Assembly (NCBI GenBank): GCA_963691875.1
Contig: OY829846.1
Span: 3,680,001 to 3,744,000, forward strand
Reading direction: 5' to 3'
Source: Aureliella sp.
GTDB taxonomy: Bacteria; Planctomycetota; Planctomycetia; Pirellulales; Pirellulaceae
DNA: 64,000 bases
The stretch's first letter is position 1. Each line of letters starts with the position of its first letter. Both the position numbers and the translations under genes were made by a program. Below, one piece after another: positions 20,277 through 32,447 of this stretch. A model generated the notes under the pieces. That model did not search any database. It was not told the origin of the DNA and saw only the letters and a list, made by a program, of their open reading frames with translations.

Positions 20277-22324
20277 GCAAAGCGATTGGCAGAGACAATC
20301 TCCTTGCGGGCACCTTGAATGGACTTCATGCGGTTGGGATTGTCTGCCTTGCCGGTCATCTCGTAGAGAAAGCGACTGACGAACGTTGGGCGTGGCTTTC
20401 CCCATTTCTTGCGTTCTAGCGGCAGGGACAGAGTGAGTTCGTCTTCTGCCCGGGTCACGCCAACGTAGCAGAGCCGTCGTTCTTCCTCGACGTCATCTGC
20501 ATTATCTGCAATCGACCGGCGGTGCGGTAGAACACCTTCCTCCATCCCGACCATATAGACGATCGGAAACTCGAGTCCTTTCGCACTGTGGTAGGTCATC
20601 AGCGAAACGGCGTTGTAGCCATCCTTCTGCTTGGAATCGTTACCAAACTCTTTGCCCGCGAGAGCGATCTCATCAAGAAAGCCGGAGAGTTTTGGGTTCT
20701 TTCGAGGCTGAGTGTAGTCCGCCAAGGTATTCACGAACTCCTCGATCGAAGCCTTGCGAGCATCCGCTTCTTCGGGATCCGGGTACATGCGGTTGATCAC
20801 ATTGAAATAATCGAGCTTCGCAATCAAGTTCCTCACGCCTTGCACCAAATCGGGCCTCCAGTCTTTCTCACGATCCACATGCTCGGCTACCATAGCCTGA
20901 CGCATACTGTCGATCACCTTTGACAAGCGATCGACGCCAGCTTGTGTATTGGTCGGAAGCTTGGAGAGCGTTTCGGGCTCGAGCATGACTTCCCAAATCA
21001 TCCTGCCTTGGCTGACAGCAGTATTCATCAGCGTCTCCACTGACTTAGCTCCAATGCCGCGTTGCGGGAAGTTAATGATTCGAAGCAGCGAGACTTCGTC
21101 CTTTGGGTTGTCGATGACTTTCAGGTAAGACAGCAGGTCCTTCACTTCGCGGCGATCAAAGAACGACTGCGTGCCTACCAGCGAATAGGGTATCTTGAGC
21201 TTCCTTAACGCCTGCTCAAATACACGTGGTTGCTCGTTGGTTCGAAAAAGAATCGCAAAATCACCGAACTCGCGCTTTTGCCGCTTCATCGTGCGAATTA
21301 TTTCTTCGCTGACCTTTTCTGCTTCGTCGTTCTCGTTCTTGAATTGCAAGATACGAGGCTGCATGCCCCCCATGCGAGCTGGACGAAGTACTTTGTCATG
21401 ACGCGTTTTGTTGTGAGCGATCAACTCGTTGGCCATGTGCAGGATCGCGGACGTGCTCCGGTAGTTAGCTTCCAGACGCACCGTCTTTGAATCGGGCCAG
21501 TCCTTACCAAAGTTCAGAATGTGCTGGACCTCGGCCCCACGCCATCCATAAATCGACTGATCATCGTCACCCACGACGCAGATGTTGCGATGCTTGCCGG
21601 CCAACTGCTTAATGATCTGGTACTGCGATTGATTCGTGTCCTGATACTCGTCGACGAGCACGTGATCGTAGAGTCCAGCTTCCTGCTCCCGAACTTCGCT
21701 GTTCGTGCTGAGCAATTCTTCGGTTAGCAGCAACAGGTCATCAAAGTCCATTGCTCCAGCCAGCTTGACCGCCTCTTGGTAGCGAGCAAATGCCGCTGCC
21801 GCTACATGCTCAGCGTCAGTACGAGCCTGTGAGGGCGCCTGATTCGGACGAATGCCAGCATTCTTCCAACGGCTGATATGGCTGAGCAGATCTCCCGGCT
21901 TGAGCATCCCGGAATGCACGTGAAGTTGCCGAAGCACATCACGAGCTACGGACTCCTGGTCGCCACGGTCGTAGATCGCAAATTTGTTGGGGTAACCCAA
22001 AACCTTGGCGTGGCGTCTCAGGATCTTGACGCAATTCGAGTGAAAAGTACCGATGACTGGCTTATTCGGTTCGTCCTCGTCCTTGCCCCATTTCGGCTTC
22101 TGGGGCCGGCCAAGCTGAGCGCTGACGCGCTGCTGCATCTCCTTGGCCGCCTTGTTGGTAAAGGTCACGGCCAGGATGCGGTTTGGGCGAATTCCGTGTT
22201 TGATCAAGTTCGCAATGCGAAAAGTGACCACTCGCGTCTTCCCTGAACCGGCTCCTGCCAGGACAAGGAGAGGCCCAGAGAGGGTCTTTACAGCTTCGTT
22301 TTGCTCAGGGTTCAATCCGTTCAT
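20219..22324 (-). CDS. ATP-dependent DNA helicase, UvrD/PcrA/Rep family
   Basis: LAGAGSGKTR, TFTNKAA, VDEYQDTN, VGDDDQSIYGWRGA, NYRST, HSAKGLEF, EERRLCYVGVTRA. Confidence 0.97.
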   Translation of the reverse strand: MNGLNPEQNEAVKTLSGPLLVLAGAGSGKTRVVTFRIANLIKHGIRPNRILAVTFTNKAAKEMQQRVSAQLGRPQKPKWGKDEDEPNKPVIGTFHSNCVKILRRHAKVLGYPNKFAIYDRGDQESVARDVLRQLHVHSGMLKPGDLLSHISRWKNAGIRPNQAPSQARTDAEHVAAAAFARYQEAVKLAGAMDFDDLLLLTEELLSTNSEVREQEAGLYDHVLVDEYQDTNQSQYQIIKQLAGKHRNICVVGDDDQSIYGWRGAEVQHILNFGKDWPDSKTVRLEANYRSTSAILHMANELIAHNKTRHDKVLRPARMGGMQPRILQFKNENDEAEKVSEEIIRTMKRQKREFGDFAILFRTNEQPRVFEQALRKLKIPYSLVGTQSFFDRREVKDLLSYLKVIDNPKDEVSLLRIINFPQRGIGAKSVETLMNTAVSQGRMIWEVMLEPETLSKLPTNTQAGVDRLSKVIDSMRQAMVAEHVDREKDWRPDLVQGVRNLIAKLDYFNVINRMYPDPEEADARKASIEEFVNTLADYTQPRKNPKLSGFLDEIALAGKEFGNDSKQKDGYNAVSLMTYHSAKGLEFPIVYMVGMEEGVLPHRRSIADNADDVEEERRLCYVGVTRAEDELTLSLPLERKKWGKPRPTFVSRFLYEMTGKADNPNRMKSIQGARKEIVSANRFAASKKKPTKARKPAKRATR

Positions 22325-22604
22325 GCTGGAATGTTACTGTCCCGGTCGAATTCAGTCAGGTCCCCTGTCCAGGTAAGCCGATGAAAGCTCGGTCGGATCG
22401 GCAGAGCAGGGCGAATAGTCATTGGAACACATGGATTTCCACCTAGATTTGGTGTTGCGAATCTGGCCCTAGCCCCTAGAATCTGCATTCCGATCTAGCC
22501 AGAATACCAGCCATTTGGGCTGTAAACACACGCTAGCTAAAGACTCTTGAGCCCTCCAGAGCTGGCCGGATCCACCTGAATTGATGTAATTAGAGACAGT
22601 TGCC

Positions 22605-22757
22605 ATGAAAGTTGTATCATCCATCGGAGCCTTAAAGTTCCGACATCCAGACTGCCAAGTCGTCCGTCGGCGCGGTCGAATCTATGTTATCTGTAAGAGC
22701 AACCCGCGATACAAAGTTCGCCAGGGTGGAGCGAAGAACAAAAAGAAGAAGCGTTAG
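22605..22757 (+). CDS. rpmJ: 50S ribosomal protein L36 (type B, zinc-ribbon-degenerate form)
   Basis: Hand translation [50 protein letters not shown] (50 aa). Below the ORF-track size cutoff. Confidence 0.95.
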   Translation: MKVVSSIGALKFRHPDCQVVRRRGRIYVICKSNPRYKVRQGGAKNKKKKR

Positions 22758-22841
22758 GAACGCCTATTAGGGAAAGCGAGTTTTCGCTGTTTGGGACTTT
22801 TTTTTTCAAATCGAGGAACTGTCCAACCTCAAACGAATCTC

Positions 22842-22875
22842 AAGAAACCCGAGTCGATACGACTCGGGTTTTTTC
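22842..22875 (+). terminator. Intrinsic terminator after rpmJ
   Basis: AAACCCGAGTCG-ATA-CGACTCGGGTTT followed by TTT. Confidence 0.85.
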
Positions 22876-23175
22876 GTTGGAATTTTGCCTGCGTAATTCT
22901 GCTAGGACTGACACTTGGTTGGGCACCAGCAGGAGTTGTCGCAAGGTGCGGTTGCGACGCCTCACTTGACTTACACGTAGTACAAGCGTTGCATCCGAGC
23001 AAGCATTTCCAGAAGGGCAGATTTGTTGGCTTAATCTCCATGCATCGGAGATAATTGATTGACCAGCGCGGATTACACTCCAGCCTTCAGCAATCGTCTT
23101 AAGCCAATTTACATTTCATGCGGGTTGTGAGGATTGAGCTCACTTTTCGCTTATTAAGGGCAAAGGATTTAATCA

Positions 23176-25032
<1,857 letters not shown>

Positions 25033-25073
25033 GGTGCACCTAACAACTTGAATTATCTCCCGGAGACCCCCGA

Positions 25074-25286
25074 ATGAATACCCAAATCGGTCTTAGCTAC
25101 GACGCCCGCAAAGCCCTTTCCGTACAGGTCGGTGAAGAAGCTGGTACTGAAATCGCGAATCTGATCCAACGCATGGCGGCTCAGATCGAAGAGCTAAAAC
25201 GTAGCAAAGTCAACGTCACACCTGTCGTTCCAGGTGCAAAGAAAGATGACCACCTGAGCTCGACGCTTGAGAGCGAAACCTTCTAG
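25074..25286 (+). CDS. Small hypothetical protein (coiled-coil-like)
   Basis: GGAG RBS, 70-aa ORF between glmS and a terminator. Confidence 0.7.
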   Translation: MNTQIGLSYDARKALSVQVGEEAGTEIANLIQRMAAQIEELKRSKVNVTPVVPGAKKDDHLSSTLESETF

Positions 25287-25317
25287 GCGTCTCTCTTCCA
25301 GATCAAACAGCCAAACG

Positions 25318-25345
25318 ACGCTCCGGTTTTCCGGAGCGTTTTTTT
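25318..25345 (+). terminator. Intrinsic terminator of the glmS unit
   Basis: ACGCTCCGG-TTTT-CCGGAGCGT plus T run. Confidence 0.85.
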
Positions 25346-25350
25346 GTTTC

Positions 25351-25413
25351 CGTTGTGGAATAGACAGAATTCCCTCTTTCACGCCTGCAGGATTTCTGGC
25401 GAAATCCGCTACG
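25351..25413. repeat. GTAG-class REP-like palindromic pair
   Basis: CGTTGTGGAATAGACAGAATTCC ... GGATTTCTGGCGAAATCCGCTACG. Related copies at 20065, 41372 and 46985. Confidence 0.65.
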
Positions 25414-25469
25414 TCTGATCGGATATACTGAAAGCTCATTCTTTGCAGTTTAATTTTTTTTGAATTCCT

Positions 25470-27830
25470 ATGTCAGTGCGATCCCTCCTTGCCTGCGTGA
25501 AACTAGCAACTGCATTGATACTTGCATCGCTACTGCAAAGCTATACCATTGCATCGGAAAGATTACAGCTCTTCCTGGCGGACCATTGCATCGATTGCCA
25601 CGGCGAAGAAAAATCTGAATCTGGCCTCGATCTTTCGGACGTCGACTGGCAGTTGCCTGACTCAAGCGCCGAGAAACTCGAACAAGCGCTCCGCAAAATA
25701 CGTGGTTACCAAATGCCACCAGAAGAATACGGGGCTCTCCATGATGAGCTGCACACCGAAGTCGTTTCCAAACTGGAAAGCCTTCTGAATGAAAGAGCCA
25801 AGACCCAACCTCACGTAGGTCAAACTCCTAGACTACGCCGGCTGACCCGCACCGAATACCAAAATGCTATTCGCGATCTGCTTGGTGTGCAGATCAACGC
25901 CGAGCAGCTCTTGCCAAAGGATGAGGAGAGCCACGGATTTGACAACACGCTCGTGAACGATCTTACGCCGACGCGAATGGACCGCTATATCGCAGCGGCT
26001 GAAAAGATCGCTCGAGTAGCAGTCGGTAAAACAGGGCGAGGCGTCGACGGGAAGACGATTCGGATTCGCCCCGATATCACGCAAGAAGATCGCATGCCGG
26101 GACTGCCCATCGGCACGCGTGGAGGAGCTAAGTTTAGTTTCGATTTCCCGCAAGGCGGAATGTACGAGTTCCAACTTCGCTTGGCTCGTGACCGCAATGA
26201 ACATGTCGAAGGTATGAATCGGAAGCATGAAATCCAGATTCTGATCGACCGAGATCTAAGGAAGTCCTTCACGGTTGACCGACCGCGTGACCAAGATCAT
26301 TCAGAAATCGACAAACACTTGCAGGCTAGAATTGGGCTGCAAGCTGGTACGCACGAAGTCGTCGTGACTTTCGTGAAGGACTCTGATTCGCTGATGGAGA
26401 CCATGCGTCAGCCGCTGGAATCCAAGTTCAACTTCCACCGACACCCAAGGCAGACGCCCGCGTTGTATGAAGTGACCATTCTTGGCCCCTTTGGAGAAAG
26501 GACCATAAGCGACGTGGTGGTCCCTGCGTACTCGCCGCTTCATAGCTACTGGCCAACAACTCCTGACGCGGAAGCTCAAGCAGCAAAGAACATTCTATCA
26601 CACCTGACCCGTCAAGCATTTCGACGGGCCGTCAATAAAGAGGACTTGGAGCGACCTTCAGCGTTCTACACAGAAACGCGAGAGAACGGTGCTGACTTTC
26701 GTTCAGGCATAGAAGCTGCGATCACTTCTATTCTGGTCAGTCCCAAATTCTTGCTTCGCGTTGAATACAAAGCTTCCGGCAAGCGACAAGAAGCCCCAAA
26801 GCGTGAGCTCGAGCCGCTCACCGGCTATGAGCTAGCATCGCGATTATCATTCTTTCTCTGGGCGAGTATCCCCGATGAATTCTTGCTGGATACCGCTGAG
26901 CAAAACCAGCTTCGCAATCCCGGTGCACTTCGCCGGGAAGTTGAGTACATGCTGGCAGACCCAAGAGCCGACAATCTTGTGACCAACTTCATGGCGCAAT
27001 GGCTGTACTTGCGCAACCTAGAATCTTTCACCCCGGAAGGGCGACTATTTCCGGACTTTGATGACAACTTGCGGCAAGCCTTCCGCCAAGAAACGGAACA
27101 CCACTTTCGCGAGATCATACTTGAAAACCGGAGTGTGCTAGAACTGATTGATTCAAACCACACTTATCTCAATGAGCGACTCGCAAAGCACTACGGAATT
27201 CCTCATGTTTATGGCTCACATTTCAGACGCGTTGATCTACCGGAAGGTAGCAAACGCGGCGGTCTGCTACGTCAAGCCAGCATCCTCGCGGTGACTTCCT
27301 ACGCTCACCGAACATCGCCAGTCCTACGCGGCAATTGGATACTGGAGAACCTGCTTGGCAACCCCGCGCCTCCACCTCCCGCGGATGTTCCGACGCTAGA
27401 GGAGAATACGGTGGCGGCTGGCTTGCCTATTCGCGAGAGGCTAGCCGAGCATCGCAATAATGACGCTTGCGTAAGTTGTCATCGGCTGATCGATCCAGTT
27501 GGGTTCAGCCTTGAGAATTTCGATGCCATTGGGCGTTGGCGTGAACGGGAAGCAGGAAAGGAGATCGACGCGGCAGGAAGTCTGCCTGGCCAACCTAATT
27601 TCACCGGTGTGGACGGCCTGGAACAGGCGATCTTGAAGGAGCCTGATGCCTTTGTACACACTCTGACCGAGAAGCTGATGACCTTTGCCTTGGGCCGGGG
27701 TGTTGAACCGCTCGATGGACCAGCAATCCGCGAGATTGTGCGCAAGGCCAAGAGAGATAACTATCGCTTCCGTACGATCGTTCAAGGTATAGTGGAAAGC
27801 CCCGCCTTTCTGCACAGGAGTTTTGAGTGA
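25470..27830 (+). CDS. DUF1592/DUF1588/DUF1585-type planctomycete cytochrome c domain protein
   Basis: Signal peptide, CIDCH and CVSCH heme motifs, LRRLTRTEYQNAIRDL, ELASRLSFFLW, TSPVLRGNWIL, KLMTFALGRG. Confidence 0.9.
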   Translation: MSVRSLLACVKLATALILASLLQSYTIASERLQLFLADHCIDCHGEEKSESGLDLSDVDWQLPDSSAEKLEQALRKIRGYQMPPEEYGALHDELHTEVVSKLESLLNERAKTQPHVGQTPRLRRLTRTEYQNAIRDLLGVQINAEQLLPKDEESHGFDNTLVNDLTPTRMDRYIAAAEKIARVAVGKTGRGVDGKTIRIRPDITQEDRMPGLPIGTRGGAKFSFDFPQGGMYEFQLRLARDRNEHVEGMNRKHEIQILIDRDLRKSFTVDRPRDQDHSEIDKHLQARIGLQAGTHEVVVTFVKDSDSLMETMRQPLESKFNFHRHPRQTPALYEVTILGPFGERTISDVVVPAYSPLHSYWPTTPDAEAQAAKNILSHLTRQAFRRAVNKEDLERPSAFYTETRENGADFRSGIEAAITSILVSPKFLLRVEYKASGKRQEAPKRELEPLTGYELASRLSFFLWASIPDEFLLDTAEQNQLRNPGALRREVEYMLADPRADNLVTNFMAQWLYLRNLESFTPEGRLFPDFDDNLRQAFRQETEHHFREIILENRSVLELIDSNHTYLNERLAKHYGIPHVYGSHFRRVDLPEGSKRGGLLRQASILAVTSYAHRTSPVLRGNWILENLLGNPAPPPPADVPTLEENTVAAGLPIRERLAEHRNNDACVSCHRLIDPVGFSLENFDAIGRWREREAGKEIDAAGSLPGQPNFTGVDGLEQAILKEPDAFVHTLTEKLMTFALGRGVEPLDGPAIREIVRKAKRDNYRFRTIVQGIVESPAFLHRSFE

Positions 27831-29167
27831 TGTTTCTGACGAAGAAGTCGCTCCCGCGTCGCACGCTACTTCGCGGCGTTGGTGCTTCACTGGCTCTGCC
27901 ACTACTCGACGCAATGATTCCTTCGGGAACCGCGCAGGCTGCGACCGTTGCCTCCGACGCCAGCTTGCGACGCCTTGGCTACGTTTACATGCCAATGGGC
28001 TGTGATGACACCCGTTGGATGCTGTCTGGTGAGACACTAGATGAGCTTTCACCAACACTCCAGCCACTTGCACCGGTGCGAGATAATGTTTGCGTCATCA
28101 GTGGACTCGAGCTGCGAAATGCCTACCCTGGAACCCACGCTACAAGCAACGCTGCATTCCTCAGTGCGGCAACCGCGAAACGCACTGAAAGCACGGACTA
28201 TTACCTCGGGACAACTGCCGACCAAATCGCGGCTCGGCAACTTGGCCTTCGTACCCAGTTACCCTCACTGGAAATGGCGATGGACTTGCTGTCCATCGTT
28301 GGCCAATGCGACAACGGTTATGCCTGCGTTTATCAAAACAACTTGTCCTGGTCTTCGCCCACCACGCCACTCCCGGCCGAAGCGCATCCGCGACTGGTAT
28401 TCGAAACACTTTTCGGCGAAGGTGGCACCACGAAAGAACGCCAAGAACAGCTAGCGAGACGCAAGAGTTTGCTCGACTCGGTAGCGGCCGATTTGGCTCA
28501 GTTGAATCGGCAACTTGGTACGGGTGACCGCAACAAGATTCAAGATTACTTGGACAGCGCGCGTGAAGTCGAGCGACGTATTGAGCAAGCGGAACGACAA
28601 ACGAAGGAAAGTCCGTTGCCCGATCTCGATCGCCCTGAAGGCGTGCCGGCGGATTATGGTGATCACGCCAAGTTGATGTTTGACTTGCAAGTCTTGGCTC
28701 TGCAAGGCGACGTAACCCGAGTCATCACTTTCCAGCTAGCCCGCGAGACAAGCAATCGCACTTACCCGCAGATCGGTGTCAGCGAACCGCATCATCCGCT
28801 AACGCACCACGGCAACAATCCGGAAAAGATTGCGAAGGTGGCGAAGATCAACCAATATCACGTTTCGCTTTTCTCATACTTCCTGAAACGACTGAAAGAA
28901 ACGCGTGAAGCTGGAGGCAGTCTCTTAGACCACTCGCTTTATCTTTACGGCAGCGGAATGGGTAATCCTAATGTACACGATCACCAAAACTTGCCGATCA
29001 TCGTCGCCGGGGGCGCTGCAGGCAAAATGCGCGGTGGACGACATATTCAGTTGGACAAACCAGAGCCTCTAGCGAACCTACATTTAACTTTGCTGAACAA
29101 AGTCGGCGTCAACGTGGATGCGTTTGCCGATAGTACAGGACACGTTCATGGCTTGTTCGATATCTGA
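27827..29167 (+). CDS. DUF1552 domain protein (Tat-like signal)
   Basis: RRTLLRGVGASLALPLLDAM, LPSLE, CDNGYACVY, SLLDHS.YLYGSGM, HDHQNLP. Confidence 0.9.
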   Translation: MMFLTKKSLPRRTLLRGVGASLALPLLDAMIPSGTAQAATVASDASLRRLGYVYMPMGCDDTRWMLSGETLDELSPTLQPLAPVRDNVCVISGLELRNAYPGTHATSNAAFLSAATAKRTESTDYYLGTTADQIAARQLGLRTQLPSLEMAMDLLSIVGQCDNGYACVYQNNLSWSSPTTPLPAEAHPRLVFETLFGEGGTTKERQEQLARRKSLLDSVAADLAQLNRQLGTGDRNKIQDYLDSAREVERRIEQAERQTKESPLPDLDRPEGVPADYGDHAKLMFDLQVLALQGDVTRVITFQLARETSNRTYPQIGVSEPHHPLTHHGNNPEKIAKVAKINQYHVSLFSYFLKRLKETREAGGSLLDHSLYLYGSGMGNPNVHDHQNLPIIVAGGAAGKMRGGRHIQLDKPEPLANLHLTLLNKVGVNVDAFADSTGHVHGLFDI

Positions 29168-30659
29168 GCGGGAGAACACAATTTGTCGCGCGGCGATTGG
29201 TATCCTGTTTTTCCTTTTGCTTTGTCCTTTCGGTTTCTCCCAAGATCCGTCGCTGGCGGATGCGGTTGAGAATAAGCAAACGAAACGGATCGACAAGCTG
29301 TTTGACGACAAAGTGGACGTCAACGACGCGCAAGTCGATGGAATGACAGCACTTCATTGGGCTGTCTTCTATGACGATGCACCTCTCGTGAAGAAGCTCC
29401 TTCGTCGCACCGCGGACGCGGACCTCAAGAATCGCTACGGTATCACTGCTTTACATATTGCATGTCAGAACGGTAACGCAGAAATCGTTCAGGCCTTGCT
29501 GGAGGCCGGAGCGGATGTCAATCTAGAACAGAAAGGCGGTGAGACTCCGCTGATGACAGCCTCTCGCACCGGAAAGCCTGAACCAGTGAAGCTGCTTCTG
29601 AAGCACGGCGCGATAATAGACAGTGAAGAGCGGCGCAAGCAAACTGCACTCATGTGGGCGGCGGCCGAAGGGCATGTTGCGGTTGTTCAGGAACTACTCA
29701 ACTCCGGAGCTGACCTCAAACATGAATTAAAGTCTGGCTTCTCTGCACTTCACTTTGCGGTGCGAAATGGCCACACCAAAGCTGTGCGAGCTTTGATCGC
29801 CGCTGGTGCGGACGTCGACAGCTATATGAATCCGGCTAACACTGGAGGGCGCAACCCAAGACGCGGCATGACGCCGCTACACCTCGCTATTGAAAATGGA
29901 CACTATGAGCTTGGCCGCGTCTTGCTGGAACTCGGAGCAGACCCCAACGACCAGCGTTGCGGCTTCACTCCGTTGCACAACATTTCCTGGGTTCGCAAGC
30001 CGCCGCGCGGCGACAACGTCGATGGCGCACCACCACCGATCGGCTCTGGCACGATTACCAGTTTGCAGTTTGTTCGTGTGCTACACGAATTCGGGGCGGA
30101 GGTCGACTTGCAGCTCAAAAAAGGAAAGTCTGGTCGCGGCAGGATGAATCACAAAAGTGCCACTCCTTTCTTGTTTGCGGCGAGGCGTGACGATGTACCG
30201 TTGATGAAGTTGCTGCTAGAACTCGGAGCGGACCCGACCATCACTAACGCAGATGATTGCAATGCCCTGATGGTGGCTGCAGGAATCGGAACACATGCTC
30301 CAGGTGAAGAAGCCGGCACCGAGGAAGAAGCACTCGAAGCAGTCGCACTGTTGCTCGAGCTGGGCCTGGACGTGAATCACGTCGACAAGAACGGCGAGAC
30401 CGCCATGCATGGAGCTGCCTACAAAAGTTTGCCACGCATGATTAATTTCTTGGCAGTCAGTGGGGCAAAGGCGGAAGTTTGGAATAAGAAAAACAAATAC
30501 GGTTGGACGCCGACGCTTATTGCAGAAGGACATCGCGTCGGTAATTTCAAACCTGCGCCCGCTACGCTCAACGCTGTGTACCGTCAGCTGCGTGCGGCAG
30601 GTATACAACCTCCGCCGCTAACTCCGCGGGAAAAGCGCAAGGGCTATGATCAACCCTAA
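29148..30659 (+). CDS. Secreted ankyrin repeat protein
   Basis: Signal peptide, repeated GxTALH/TPLM ankyrin motifs. Start uncertain. Confidence 0.9.
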   Translation: MACSISERENTICRAAIGILFFLLLCPFGFSQDPSLADAVENKQTKRIDKLFDDKVDVNDAQVDGMTALHWAVFYDDAPLVKKLLRRTADADLKNRYGITALHIACQNGNAEIVQALLEAGADVNLEQKGGETPLMTASRTGKPEPVKLLLKHGAIIDSEERRKQTALMWAAAEGHVAVVQELLNSGADLKHELKSGFSALHFAVRNGHTKAVRALIAAGADVDSYMNPANTGGRNPRRGMTPLHLAIENGHYELGRVLLELGADPNDQRCGFTPLHNISWVRKPPRGDNVDGAPPPIGSGTITSLQFVRVLHEFGAEVDLQLKKGKSGRGRMNHKSATPFLFAARRDDVPLMKLLLELGADPTITNADDCNALMVAAGIGTHAPGEEAGTEEEALEAVALLLELGLDVNHVDKNGETAMHGAAYKSLPRMINFLAVSGAKAEVWNKKNKYGWTPTLIAEGHRVGNFKPAPATLNAVYRQLRAAGIQPPPLTPREKRKGYDQP

Positions 30660-30692
30660 CGCCACTCCACAAAGTTCCTTTAAGCTAAATCG

Positions 30693-31199
30693 ATGAACAA
30701 GAATCCAGTGGCGATCACGATGGTCACGCTGTTTGCAATCGCTTTTGTAGGCGCCGGGATATTGGTGAGCTCGGTGAACCGGAAAACCGCCAAATCTCTT
30801 GCTGGTGGTACCGTGGAATCGACTCCTCTGGAAGACGGAACGACTCGCTACCAATTAGAAGGCTGCAGGCTACCGTTTGAAGAGGAAGAACTTCTCGATT
30901 TGCTAGTTGGCTCCAGAGTCTCGCAAATCACGTTGAGGAAATGCACTCTGTCCGTCGCTGCTGTCGATGTATTAGTCAGCCTGGGTACGCTGCGTACGCT
31001 GACCGTTGATTCGCCGGAGGCGGAAGAAGAAGAGTTTGACTGGTTAATTTTCGGTCAGTTCATGAACTTGAAGAAACTGACGATGCTCAATTGTGATATC
31101 GGAAACGCGCAACTTGCTCAGCTTCACCAGATGCTGCCGAAAACTCAAGTCGTCCCAAGCGTGGCCGCGGCGAAAGCAAGTCCTGCAAGCACACCTTAG
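30693..31199 (+). CDS. Hypothetical membrane-anchored protein with LRR-like segments
   Basis: N-terminal TM, LRTLTV and LKKLTMLNCDI..QLAQLHQMLPK patterns. Confidence 0.65.
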   Translation: MNKNPVAITMVTLFAIAFVGAGILVSSVNRKTAKSLAGGTVESTPLEDGTTRYQLEGCRLPFEEEELLDLLVGSRVSQITLRKCTLSVAAVDVLVSLGTLRTLTVDSPEAEEEEFDWLIFGQFMNLKKLTMLNCDIGNAQLAQLHQMLPKTQVVPSVAAAKASPASTP

Positions 31200-31401
31200 T
31201 ATGCCGAACGCCAGTCCGAGTCGCCCGCCTTTTTGGCGATCCAGTTTGTCTTTGCCGAAGCCACACTGCCCAAGCTCTATCCATCGCGAATGAGGGCATC
31301 CGTATATCTAGGCGAGTCAGACGATATTTAGATGCAGGGTGACGTTCGTGCTCATTCCGCATGCATGCAGGACTTCGAACAAAGGAACCGAAGGCTAGGT
31401 A

Positions 31402-32124
31402 TTATTCGGGGAGTGTGGCGTCGTGATAGATTTCTTGCACGTCATCACAATCGTTAAGCATGCTCATGAACTTCTCGAACATCGGCAGCTCATCGGCTGG
31501 AATCTCATTGCGTGACTGAGGAACAAAAGCAATCTCTTCCACGGCGAGCTTAATATCCTCAAATGCTTCTGAAAGTGCTTGTCGAGCTTTGTTGAACTCC
31601 GCCGCGGGAGCGAACAAAGTCACCTGACCATTCTCAGTTTCAACATCTGTGACATCGACATCCGCTTCAAGCATCGCCTCCAGAACTGCATCGCCATCGT
31701 TGCCAGCAAAGACGAAAATTGCCAAATGATCGAAAGCGTGCGAAACCGATCCAGGAGCACCCATTTTCGAGTTCGTCTTGGTGAAGCAATTTCGAACATC
31801 GGTGATTGTGCGATTATTGTTATCGGTCAGGCAGTCTATGATGACCGAACAACCTCCAGGACCAAAGCCTTCGTAGCGAGCTGGCGTGTAGTCTTCTCCA
31901 CCAGCACCACTGGCCTTATCGATCGCTTTTTCAATCACATGGGCTGGTACTTGCTCTCGCTTTGCCTTATCGATGATGCTCCGCAAAGTCGGATTGGCCT
32001 CGGGCTCAGCACCACCATTCTTGGCCGCAACGTAGATTTGCTTACCGTATTTTGCGTAGAGCTTGGACTTGGAGGCGGCCGTTTTGGCCATCGACATCTT
32101 GCGTACTTCGAAACTTCTACCCAT
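31402..32124 (-). CDS. yebC: YebC/PmpR family protein
   Basis: [36 protein letters not shown]. Confidence 0.95.
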   Translation of the reverse strand: MGRSFEVRKMSMAKTAASKSKLYAKYGKQIYVAAKNGGAEPEANPTLRSIIDKAKREQVPAHVIEKAIDKASGAGGEDYTPARYEGFGPGGCSVIIDCLTDNNNRTITDVRNCFTKTNSKMGAPGSVSHAFDHLAIFVFAGNDGDAVLEAMLEADVDVTDVETENGQVTLFAPAAEFNKARQALSEAFEDIKLAVEEIAFVPQSRNEIPADELPMFEKFMSMLNDCDDVQEIYHDATLPE

Positions 32125-32447
32125 CGCTAATTCTCAGTAAAATCCTATGCTGCGGCCCGCATCCCTAGTGGAATTTCGCTGTTCTTCACCACGTGTCAGA
32201 CTTCAATTCTAAGATTCTTCTCGGCAATCGCTACCGGTTCCAACTAGCGTGTTTCAGCAAGGACTTACAAATCTGTGACTTTCTACCCGTGTCTGGCACT
32301 GCAACTATACTAGCCAGGACGCCGTGGGCCGATAGCTAGCGCGACGCTATTACGGTACTGTCCGGACATTGGCCTGCCCGAAAGTCGTGACGACCTCCGC
32401 TACTGACTCCGCAAACCAGTCTTCCACTTTTCCTAAGATTTGCTTCC

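Noticed and set aside
22880..23175. glmS ribozyme in the long glmS leader
   Set aside because: Only a partial GGCACCAG resemblance to AGCGCCAG. The GACGAGG and later core elements were not found.
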